Source: Algoriphagus sp. | Lineage (GTDB): Bacteria > Bacteroidota > Bacteroidia > Cytophagales > Cyclobacteriaceae | Reading direction: 5' to 3' | NCBI RefSeq assembly: GCF_013373065.1 | Contig: NZ_JABXIN010000008.1 | Location: forward strand, 31,166-95,165 | DNA length: 64,000 nt | Shown: positions 56,540-64,000 of the stretch, one piece after another | Position numbering within the stretch: the stretch's first letter is position 1 | Layout: the number at the start of each line of letters is the position of its first letter | Translations under genes and position numbers: made by a program | The notes under the pieces: model-generated | The model's input: the letters and a program-made list of their open reading frames with translations, nothing else | Database searches by the model: none | Told to the model about the DNA's origin: nothing

Positions 56540-57073
56540 CTAATTAGTTCTGTATTTTTTATAAATCTTAATCCCAAGCATTAACAATACCCCAAGTCCA
56601 ACCAGGCTAACAATCCCCCAAACCATACTCAATGTACTTTTGAGAACAATCAAAAATACAATGGCAAAGAGAAGTAGAGTGGAGACTTCATTCCAAATTC
56701 GTAACTGAGTGGAGGACCAACGAGTTCGACCTTTTTGGATTTCTTTAAAAATAAAATGGCATCCCAAATGGTATCCATATAAAAGAACCACAAATCCTAA
56801 TTTTGCATGCATAAACCCCAGCTGAAGGTATCCCATCCGATAACTCAAAATCCAAATCCCAAAGATTAAGGTCAGAATGGCCGATGGCCAGGTGATTATA
56901 TACCATAACCTTGATGCCATCAAATCCAGTTGAGGTTTTAAGATGGCCCTTTCTGATTCTGGCCGTTCCATGGCTTCGGTCTGATAAATAAACAGACGCA
57001 CAATGTAGAATAGTCCTGCAAACCAGGTAACTACAAAAATGATGTGAAGTGCTTTTATGTATTCAAATCCCAT
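56540..57073 (-). CDS. hemJ: Protoporphyrinogen IX oxidase HemJ (UPF0093/CopD-like family)
   Basis: 177 aa. The N-terminus YIKALHIIFVVTWFAGLFYIVRLFIY and 4-5 TM helices are characteristic of HemJ. Confidence 0.75.
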   Translation of the reverse strand: MGFEYIKALHIIFVVTWFAGLFYIVRLFIYQTEAMERPESERAILKPQLDLMASRLWYIITWPSAILTLIFGIWILSYRMGYLQLGFMHAKLGFVVLLYGYHLGCHFIFKEIQKGRTRWSSTQLRIWNEVSTLLLFAIVFLIVLKSTLSMVWGIVSLVGLGVLLMLGIKIYKKYRTN

Positions 57074-57127
57074 TTTCAGAATTTTGGGCTAAATTAAGGC
57101 CAAATGGTTTGAACCCCTAATGATTTG

Positions 57128-57532
57128 ATGAAGTCTCGTCGCTTATTTCTGGTAATTGTTTTTTTTGTATTAGCCTTGATCTTGTATATCGGTGTTGATA
57201 GTCTAACACAACCTGGTTTGGAGAGGTTTGAGGGCAAATATGAAGAAATAGGTTTTTATAGAAATGAAAATAATACCGGACCTGTAAAACGAATCTATGC
57301 GATTTATGCCCTGGATGATGAGCCGCTTTGGATGAAAGAATTTGGAGAGGCTCTTCCTCATACAAAGTATGGAAAAACCACGGTTTATTTTTTCTCCCAA
57401 AAGCTTCAACCTGAAATTACCCTTTCTCCAGTTGAACCTTATTTTCCAAATGAATGGGAGTCGTATTTAATAGCAACTTTTGAAAAATCTCCAATGGGGG
57501 AAAGTCGATTTACCTTTAAAAACGATGATTAA
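57128..57532 (+). CDS. Membrane-anchored protein, function unknown
   Basis: 134 aa from the ATG at 57128, with an N-terminal TM anchor. Its 3' end overlaps the meaB start by 8 nt. Confidence 0.5.
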   Translation: MKSRRLFLVIVFFVLALILYIGVDSLTQPGLERFEGKYEEIGFYRNENNTGPVKRIYAIYALDDEPLWMKEFGEALPHTKYGKTTVYFFSQKLQPEITLSPVEPYFPNEWESYLIATFEKSPMGESRFTFKNDD

Positions 57533-58532
57533 AAACCGTAAATCTGTTGAGGAATATAAAGCTGGGATCTTAGCTGGAGATAGGGCTGTTTTGGCTCAGG
57601 CAATTACCTTAATAGAAAGTAATCTGCCTTCGGATTCGGTTTTAGCCAGTTCTTTAGTTCAGGCGATTTTACCTTTTTCAGGTAAATCCATTCGAATCGG
57701 AATCACGGGAGTTCCGGGAGTGGGAAAAAGTACGTTCATCGAGGCTTTTGGTACCATACTGCTGGAGAAAGGAAAAAAGGTTGCTGTCTTGGCAGTCGAT
57801 CCCTCCAGTCAAAAAACAAAAGGAAGCATTTTGGGTGATAAAACCCGGATGGAGAAATTAGCAGCTGATCGACGGGCTTTTATTCGACCCAGTCCTTCGG
57901 GTTCTACCTTGGGAGGAGTGAGTGCAAAAACCAGAGAGGCCATGCTTTTGTGTGAGGCAGCTGGTTTTGATGTGATCTTGGTTGAGACAGTAGGGGTAGG
58001 TCAATCCGAAACAGCTGTAAAGGGCATGGTTGACTTTTTTCTTCTATTGATGCTGGCCGGCGCTGGAGATGAACTTCAGGGGATTAAAAAAGGGATCATG
58101 GAGATGGCTGATGGGGTTTTGATCAATAAGGCTGACGGAGAAAATATCCAAGCAGCTAAAAAGGCCAAAACACACTATCGCAATGCACTTCATTTGTTCC
58201 CACCTTCTGAAAATGGATGGTATCCTTCCGTCATCACAGGTTCATCCCTAACTGGAGAGGGATTGGGAGAATGTTGGGAAACCATTGAAAAATATCAGCA
58301 AAAAATGCTGGAATCTGGGTTTTTTGAAAAAAATCGAGCTGAGCAGCGCTTGAAGTGGTTGGATGAATATGTGCAATATTTACTAGGGAAAGCATTTCAC
58401 GAGCAGGCTAAAGTGCAAGAATTATTAGCTGCAGAGAAAGAACATGTGAAAGCAGGAACCCTAAGTCCTTTAACCTTTGCTCGACAACTCATGGATATCT
58501 TTTTTGAGAGTTTTCAAGCAAATCGCACTTAA
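57525..58532 (+). CDS. meaB: Methylmalonyl-CoA mutase-associated G3E GTPase MeaB/ArgK
   Basis: 335 aa from the ATG at 57525. P-loop GVPGVGKST, ETVGVGQSE, and NKADG. Confidence 0.88.
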   Translation: MIKNRKSVEEYKAGILAGDRAVLAQAITLIESNLPSDSVLASSLVQAILPFSGKSIRIGITGVPGVGKSTFIEAFGTILLEKGKKVAVLAVDPSSQKTKGSILGDKTRMEKLAADRRAFIRPSPSGSTLGGVSAKTREAMLLCEAAGFDVILVETVGVGQSETAVKGMVDFFLLLMLAGAGDELQGIKKGIMEMADGVLINKADGENIQAAKKAKTHYRNALHLFPPSENGWYPSVITGSSLTGEGLGECWETIEKYQQKMLESGFFEKNRAEQRLKWLDEYVQYLLGKAFHEQAKVQELLAAEKEHVKAGTLSPLTFARQLMDIFFESFQANRT

Positions 58533-58565
58533 GTTTTTAGACAGGAAAGAAGCAGCACGGGAAAT

Positions 58566-58602
58566 AAAAAGCCTCCTTTTTACAGCAAAAAAGAAGGCTT
58601 TT
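58566..58602. terminator. Bidirectional terminator between convergent meaB and the lipoprotein gene
   Basis: aaaagcctcctttt pairs with aaaagaaggctttt (one mismatch). The A/T tracts on both sides form part of the stem. Confidence 0.6.
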
Positions 58603-58616
58603 GGTGATTACTTAGT

Positions 58617-59669
58617 CTATCGCATCAAGAATCCAGAAGGTCCTCTTCCAGATTCAAAATTCCTTTTTTCAGTACCACTTTCATCCAAAACGGTAATTGT
58701 GCCATTTCCTTGAAAACCATTGGCATAGGCGAGATATAATTCCCCTCTTGTTTTGTCAAAGCCAATTCCATAAAAACCGGAGCCGCTGTACCACTTGGGG
58801 TTTAACTCAGGTCCCAATACTGAAACTTGTGCAATTCCATCTTCGTAATCCGGCCATCCAGAGCTAGTTAGAAGATACATAATGTCATTATTACCAAAGG
58901 CGATTTTCCCTGTTGCATTTTCGATAGGGAAAATATTAGTGGTGGCTAAGGTGAAATTGTCTAAATGGAAACTATAAAAATACACTTCATTAGATCCTGT
59001 AGTATAAAGCCAGATTTTTCCGGCAGCTTCATAAAATACAGCTGGTTTTCCTTCTACTTCCAAAGTTTTGATAACTTCCTCTTTTTCGGCATCGATCACA
59101 TGAACCTTACTTTCCTCTGAACCCGCGACTAGTATATATTTTCCAAATGAAATCAAGTCTTCGGGCTTTCTGGAGACTGGGATTTTCTTAGCAACATTTC
59201 CACCTAAGATGTTTTTCACTACAGCGATGTATGAATTAGGTGTCCCGTAGTTTTGATCATATGAACCATAGTCGGAGATAAAAAGCTTTTCCGAATTTAC
59301 AGTTAATGATCGGGGCTGGTCCAAACCTGAATTTACAGTTCCTAAACTTGTAAAATCCCCAGGATTGACTACTTCAATTTTTCCGGTATTTGCCACTAAG
59401 TATAATTTATCGTCTTCATAGACCAAATCTTCCAATAGACCAGCAAAAGGTCTTCCGTTAGCCGTTTCGAAAATATTGGTTTTTAGGGTTCCATTACTGG
59501 GGTTTAAATGGGAAACCTCCCCATCATTTGCTCCAAAAGCACCTTCATTCATAATTAATATTCCCGAATCAAACTCACCCAAAATTCGTTCAGGTTCATT
59601 TTCCATACAGGAAAAAAGAATAAGGCTGAGGCTTAAGCAAATGATGAATTGATTAAAATTATTTTTCAT
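58617..59669 (-). CDS. Beta-propeller surface lipoprotein, possible BtuG-like cobalamin-binding protein
   Basis: 350 aa. Lipobox ILFSC. Repeated blade-like segments (..LY.., ..V.D......I.V). ATGA overlap with the upstream btuB-like gene under the B12 riboswitch. The BtuG homology is not verified. Confidence 0.5.
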   Translation of the reverse strand: MKNNFNQFIICLSLSLILFSCMENEPERILGEFDSGILIMNEGAFGANDGEVSHLNPSNGTLKTNIFETANGRPFAGLLEDLVYEDDKLYLVANTGKIEVVNPGDFTSLGTVNSGLDQPRSLTVNSEKLFISDYGSYDQNYGTPNSYIAVVKNILGGNVAKKIPVSRKPEDLISFGKYILVAGSEESKVHVIDAEKEEVIKTLEVEGKPAVFYEAAGKIWLYTTGSNEVYFYSFHLDNFTLATTNIFPIENATGKIAFGNNDIMYLLTSSGWPDYEDGIAQVSVLGPELNPKWYSGSGFYGIGFDKTRGELYLAYANGFQGNGTITVLDESGTEKRNFESGRGPSGFLMR

Positions 59670-61504
59670 AGTTGGATTGATAAATTGATGTGAAAAGATC
59701 TTCCTGGCATTGGGCGCAAGTAGAGGACTTGGTATTCTTTATTAAAGAGATTTTGAACTCGAAATTGAATGGTGTATTTGAAGGGACCCAAGTTTAGATT
59801 ATCGAGGCCTAACTGAGTTTGGGAAAGGAAATATCCTTTCAATAGTCGTGTTTGGTCAAGGGTGGTTGCTCTTGACCCCACATATTGTGAGCCGATTTGG
59901 AATGTGAATTTTGATTTAGAAAGCTTCAGTGAAGCCTGCCCCTGGTGCCGCGGGGTGTAGGGCAGTTGTTGGTTCCAAAAGGTTGTTGGATCTTCTGGAT
60001 TCGGCAAGTTAACGGAATGGGTAAAGGTATAGCTCCAAAAGAATAAGAGCTTGTTTTGACCAAAGGAACTATGAAGTTTGTTTTCCCATTCAATGCCACG
60101 ATTTCGGACTTTCCGCAAATTTTGAGGCGTCCAAATGGATCCTTCAGGTTTCCAAATTATCCAATTATCCACCTCCATTCCATAAAATGTAAGTTGTGAC
60201 TCTAAACTTCCTTTTTGCCACAAGACTCCCATTTCTCCTTGCCAACTTTCCTCCGGAAGAAGATTTGGATTGCCTCCCGGCTCCCAAAAACGATCGTTCA
60301 GCGTAGGAATTTTAAATCCTTTTCCAAAAGATGCTTTTAGCAAAAACTCTTGTGAAAGTTTCCAATTCAGCCCAAAGGAAGGAATAAATGGAACCCACTG
60401 ATTCTCGTATTTCAATTGACGGAGGTTAAAGGAAACGTCAACGTGTTTTATTCCAGAAAAGTTGATGAATTGGTAGGTTTCTAATCGAGTTTCTCTTGCT
60501 GAATAGGAAGAGAAATTTCCCGAATTCAAAGAAACCCTTCCGCCCAATCGAAATTCCCAGTCAGAAAAATGGTGAATACTCCAATCTGAATTAAAAAAAA
60601 TACTCGAAGTCTCATTTTTTATCTGATTGAAATACTGCGAGTCTTTTACCCAACCCGAGCGAAATTCTAAAATACTGTTTTGCTTTTGGATAAAATATTG
60701 GAGAGAAATTCGGTGGCTTTCATCAGATTGGGTGTCCTGTATGAAAGAACCTAAGATGGGTTGGATTTCCCGGTTAGCTTTATTCCACCAGTAGGAGGTT
60801 TTGAGTAATTGATTGGTATTGATTTTCCAGTGAACATCTTGCTGAAATCCTTGCTGTTGAAAAGCCGCATGATCTTGCTTTTTTACTGGAGAACCTACTT
60901 CTGAAAAATCCCGGTAGGAGTATTCATTTGGATTATTTTGATGATAGATTTTGGTTTGAATCCCAATCTTTTCAGTGGAATAGCTTCCTTCTAATCCGAT
61001 ATGAAACTTACCAAAACTTCCAGTTTCCTGTAGAATAGAAAGGTTTGGAGATTGGTTGAATTGAGGGGTAGTCGAGAGGTGGACGGCACCTCCTAAGGAT
61101 TCATTTCCCAAAAGGGCTCCGTCCGACCCATAGCTAAGATCAATTTGATCGGCTATGATCAAGGGTAGGATTGATAAATCGCTTTGACCTAAGGAAGGGC
61201 TATTAATGGGGATGCCATTCCAGAAAATCGCAGTATGGCCTGCAGAAGTTCCACGAAAATTAGGTGAGGCAAGCATTCCCGGGCCATATTGCCGAATGAA
61301 AACCGGGCTTTTTTCTGCTAATAGATCAGCTAAGGATCTGTTTTTATAACTTTTCAATTCCTCCTTATTCCAAGAAATACGCTTTTTACCCTGGCCATAG
61401 GTTTGGTATGCAGGGGCTTCGATTTGAATTTCTTGTAATAGCAATGTGTCGGCTTTTTCGACTTTTTGGTCGAAAAGCAACATTACCCAAACAAATAACA
61501 TCAT
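59666..61504 (-). CDS. btuB: TonB-dependent outer-membrane receptor, BtuB-like (cobalamin)
   Basis: 612 aa. Plug-domain motifs (LADLLAE.SPVFIRQYG, RGTSAGHTAIFWNGIPINS) in a short-type barrel. It lies immediately downstream of a cobalamin riboswitch. Confidence 0.8.
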   Translation of the reverse strand: MMLFVWVMLLFDQKVEKADTLLLQEIQIEAPAYQTYGQGKKRISWNKEELKSYKNRSLADLLAEKSPVFIRQYGPGMLASPNFRGTSAGHTAIFWNGIPINSPSLGQSDLSILPLIIADQIDLSYGSDGALLGNESLGGAVHLSTTPQFNQSPNLSILQETGSFGKFHIGLEGSYSTEKIGIQTKIYHQNNPNEYSYRDFSEVGSPVKKQDHAAFQQQGFQQDVHWKINTNQLLKTSYWWNKANREIQPILGSFIQDTQSDESHRISLQYFIQKQNSILEFRSGWVKDSQYFNQIKNETSSIFFNSDWSIHHFSDWEFRLGGRVSLNSGNFSSYSARETRLETYQFINFSGIKHVDVSFNLRQLKYENQWVPFIPSFGLNWKLSQEFLLKASFGKGFKIPTLNDRFWEPGGNPNLLPEESWQGEMGVLWQKGSLESQLTFYGMEVDNWIIWKPEGSIWTPQNLRKVRNRGIEWENKLHSSFGQNKLLFFWSYTFTHSVNLPNPEDPTTFWNQQLPYTPRHQGQASLKLSKSKFTFQIGSQYVGSRATTLDQTRLLKGYFLSQTQLGLDNLNLGPFKYTIQFRVQNLFNKEYQVLYLRPMPGRSFHINLSIQL

Positions 61505-61629
61505 GCCTTATCGAAATAATAGGGTTCATTTCGATTCGGGCTTGAAAGAAATGGGAAGAAATGGTTCGAAGAAGATTCCAAAGAATCTCCGTTGGCATGT
61601 CTTCTCAGCTTTTCCTCCGAAAGCGCAGA

Positions 61630-61830
61630 ATCTATCAGAAAAAGGCAGGTCTCCTGGCTTGTCTGACTTTTGCTGCCTTCTCAAACCTTCCCGATAGGTA
61701 TCAGGATTGGATCAATGGCTTTGTTTGCAAAAGCTTTTTCCAGACTCACAGTTGCGGGGACAGCTCCGGTTTTTAACCGGATTCCCTTTTAATCCATGAC
61801 TTTTATTTGAAAAAGTCAGGAACCTAATTC
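61630..61830 (-). promoter_or_regulatory. Cobalamin (AdoCbl-type) riboswitch
   Basis: The minus strand reads AAAAGGGAAUCCGGUUAAAAACCGGAGCUGUCCCCGCAACUGUGAG, then AGCCAUUG...GGGAAGG, then the B12 box AGCCAGGAGACCUGCC (plus coordinates 61644-61659). All three conserved blocks appear in the canonical order. Confidence 0.9.
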
Positions 61831-61938
61831 CGCCTCAAACATACGTTCATTTCTGGGTTTGAGGAAAAGCATGTCTAAAAAAATTTTGTTCCATGATTGG
61901 ATAAGGCCTTACTTTGAGTCAGCTAAACCCCTCATCGC

Positions 61939-63075
61939 TTGAAGTATTTATCATTTTCGGTTATTGTTCTTCTTTTCTTCTGGGGCTGTGGGTCAACTTC
62001 AGAACGCTCAGAGGAGGATTTGGAAATTATTCCTCTTGATTATGCAAAAGGGTTTAGCATTCGAAAAGGAGAAGGATTTTGGGTCATAGAGGTGCTCCAA
62101 CCCTGGACCGGCGCTATGGAAAGCTTTCGATATTTAGTAGTAGAAAATGGGGTTGAGCCCCCTTCTTTAAAGGTGGATGCCCTTGTTCAATTGCCAATCA
62201 ATAAAGTCATTGTCACATCGACTACTCATATTCCGCATTTAGATTTATTGGAAAAGACTGAAGCGCTGGTGGGATTTCCAAATTTGGATTTGATTTCCTC
62301 TCCAGAGGTTTGGAGCTTGATAGAAAAAGGTCGTATCCAAGATTTAGGTTCAGCACCATCTGCCAATATTGAAATGCTCATAGACCTTCAACCGGATTGG
62401 GTTATGATTTCGACCCTTGGAGATGATCTAAAGCAGATCCAATTGCTGGAGCAAGCAGGAATTCCAGCTTTTATTAATGGAGAATATGTGGAGCAGCATC
62501 CCTTAGGAAGAGCGGAATGGATTAAATTTACTGGAGTTTTGTTCGGGAAATTTCAGGAGGCGGAAGAAGTTTTTCATTCCATTGAAAACTCTTATCTAAG
62601 TGCTTTGGAATCTGTTGAAAATTTGAATAATCCATTGCGACCTACTGTGCTTTCAGGGGTGTTGTATGAGGATAGTTGGTTTGCTCCGGGGTCTGATAGT
62701 TGGGGAGCTCAAATCTTGAATCAAGCTGGTGGAGATTATGTTTTTTCAGATCAAGCCGGAACAGGAAGTGTTCCGCTCAGTTATGAATTTGTAATTGACC
62801 GAGCTATGGATTCCGAGTATTGGATTGGGTCTGCGGATTTTGAGAATTTGGAGGAAATGAAGGAACAAGAGCCTCGATATCAAATCTTCCGAGCATTTCA
62901 AGAAGGAAAGGTATTTACCTACAGTAGAAAAAGAGGGCCTCGAGGAGGATTTGAGTATTTTGAGTTAGGATATGTAAGGCCGGATTTGGTTTTAAAGGAT
63001 CTTGTAAAGATTCTTCATCCGGAATTGCTTCCTGACTATGAATTATACTTTTATAAAAAGCTGAATGAAAAGTAA
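61939..63075 (+). CDS. BtuF/FhuD-type periplasmic-binding lipoprotein of an iron-siderophore/cobalamin ABC importer
   Basis: 378 aa. TTG start and lipobox FFWGCG. It has a cluster A-2 substrate-binding-protein flavour and precedes a FecCD permease. Confidence 0.7.
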   Translation: MKYLSFSVIVLLFFWGCGSTSERSEEDLEIIPLDYAKGFSIRKGEGFWVIEVLQPWTGAMESFRYLVVENGVEPPSLKVDALVQLPINKVIVTSTTHIPHLDLLEKTEALVGFPNLDLISSPEVWSLIEKGRIQDLGSAPSANIEMLIDLQPDWVMISTLGDDLKQIQLLEQAGIPAFINGEYVEQHPLGRAEWIKFTGVLFGKFQEAEEVFHSIENSYLSALESVENLNNPLRPTVLSGVLYEDSWFAPGSDSWGAQILNQAGGDYVFSDQAGTGSVPLSYEFVIDRAMDSEYWIGSADFENLEEMKEQEPRYQIFRAFQEGKVFTYSRKRGPRGGFEYFELGYVRPDLVLKDLVKILHPELLPDYELYFYKKLNEK

Positions 63076-64000
63076 CAGAACCTCCTATTTATTTCTGGCA
63101 TGCCTCTTCCTATTGGGGGTATTGTTCCTACTCAATTTGAGTTTAGGTTCTGTGAAAATTGGGTTTTCTGAAATTCTAGAGGGGATCTTCACGGACCATT
63201 GGGAAAGAGCTTCTTACCGAGAAATCATCCTTAATTTTCGACTTCCCAAGGCTCTAGTAGCAATTTTGGTAGGAATTGGATTAAGCTTGAGTGGCCTACA
63301 AATGCAAACATTTTTCCGAAATCCCTTGGCAGGGCCCTATGTGCTAGGGATCAGTTCAGGTGCAGGTTTTGGTGTTGCCATACTTATATTGGCAGGTTCC
63401 GCACTAGGATTTACGATGGGAGGTGTTTCCCCATGGAGTACCGCTTTTGCCGGGATTTTTGGAGCAGGAAGTATCTTGCTTTTGGTCAGCGTAGTGGCTT
63501 GGCGTGTTCGGGATAGTATGACGCTTTTGATTGTCGGGGTTATGTTTGGAGCTACTGTTTCGGCATTGATTTCGGTAATGGCCTACTTTTCCCAAGCGGA
63601 ATCTTTGAAATTATATACCATTTGGTCTTTAGGAAGCCTGGGTGGATTGGGATGGTATCAGGTAGTAATATTGGCTGTTTTGATCCTAATAGGTGCTATT
63701 CCTGTCCTTGCCTCCACAAGATCCTTCAATGCGCTTTTATTGGGGGAATCCTATGCTGAAAGCATGGGGATAAATTCGCTTCGGTTGCGCTGGTTGGTGA
63801 TCATTAGCACCGGAATTTTGGCTGGAGGGATTACAGCATTTTGCGGTCCAATTGCCTTTGTGGGTATCGCTGTTCCGCATTTGGCACGATTGATTTGGAA
63901 AAGCCCCGATCACCGGGTTTTATTTCCTGGTTCTGCTTTGGTCGGGGCAGGACTTTTGTTGCTCTGCGATACAATCAGTCAGTTACCAGGTTCTGCTCAA
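63065..64000 (+). CDS. FecCD/BtuC-family ABC permease (3' end lies outside the window)
   Basis: This ORF is not in the supplied track because it has no stop codon within the window. The ATG at 63065 gives MKSNRTSYLFLACLFLLGVLFLLNLSLGSVKIG...RLPKALVAILVGIGLSLSGLQMQTFFRNPLAGPYVLGISSGAGFG, which is typical of FecCD permeases. Confidence 0.8.
   Translation, partial: MKSNRTSYLFLACLFLLGVLFLLNLSLGSVKIGFSEILEGIFTDHWERASYREIILNFRLPKALVAILVGIGLSLSGLQMQTFFRNPLAGPYVLGISSGAGFGVAILILAGSALGFTMGGVSPWSTAFAGIFGAGSILLLVSVVAWRVRDSMTLLIVGVMFGATVSALISVMAYFSQAESLKLYTIWSLGSLGGLGWYQVVILAVLILIGAIPVLASTRSFNALLLGESYAESMGINSLRLRWLVIISTGILAGGITAFCGPIAFVGIAVPHLARLIWKSPDHRVLFPGSALVGAGLLLLCDTISQLPGSAQ

Noticed and set aside
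61386-61776. Three 70-83-aa ORFs (61386-61598 minus, 61446-61697 plus, 61561-61776 plus) in the btuB upstream region.
   Set aside because: The region is explained by the cobalamin riboswitch and its expression platform. The ORFs cross conserved RNA blocks.
1-64000. Mobile elements, CRISPR arrays, restriction-modification, toxin-antitoxin or other defence islands.
   Set aside because: I found no transposase, integrase or Cas-like ORFs and no spaced direct-repeat arrays. The only mobility-like trace is the tRNA-Cys 3' duplication reported above.

Overview
This window looks like core chromosome from a Bacteroidota genome. The class (Cytophagia or Cyclobacteriaceae-like) is inferred only from protein flavour and from TTTG-N19-TAnnTTTG promoters. 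I saw no transposase, integrase, prophage, CRISPR array or recognisable defence genes.

Layout:
- 1-15.8 kb, housekeeping genes: clpC (5'-truncated), PolX, EVE-domain protein, pyrR-pyrB, an ABC exporter pair, cystathionine beta-synthase, plsC, rpsA.
- 15.8-16.6 kb, an 855-bp non-coding stretch: tRNA-Cys(GCA) on the minus strand plus a duplicated fragment of its 3' end.
- 16.6-33.1 kb, a co-directional respiratory supercluster: Alternative Complex III actABCDEF, aa3-type cytochrome c oxidase subunits II and I, heme A synthase, heme O synthase, two subunit III-like genes and subunit IV. A terminator follows, then SCO1, DUF420 (CtaM-like) and an 81-aa CxxC mini-protein.
- 33.1-40.3 kb: a 1234-aa polytopic NtrY-like sensor kinase followed by a 1154-aa putative outer-membrane barrel.
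- 40.4-47.0 kb: SDR, ispG, NIPSNAP, ABC-F, sucD.
- 47.0-54.0 kb, a five-gene module: propeller/Y_Y_Y kinase, REC-kinase, MacB/FtsX-type ABC transporter with His-rich periplasmic inserts, DUF3299-like protein.
- 55.4-57.1 kb: hemJ-SCO-cytochrome c operon.
- 57.5-64.0 kb, cobalamin theme: meaB, a B12 riboswitch controlling a btuB-like receptor plus a beta-propeller lipoprotein, and divergent btuF/btuC-like genes (btuC is 3'-truncated).

The best candidates for undescribed biology are the kinase-transporter module, the giant kinase plus giant OMP pair, the CxxC mini-protein at the end of the oxidase-assembly unit, and the hemJ-SCO-cytochrome c operon. None is a demonstrably new system from sequence alone. 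All functional calls rest on motif recognition by eye; no database search or folding computation was run.
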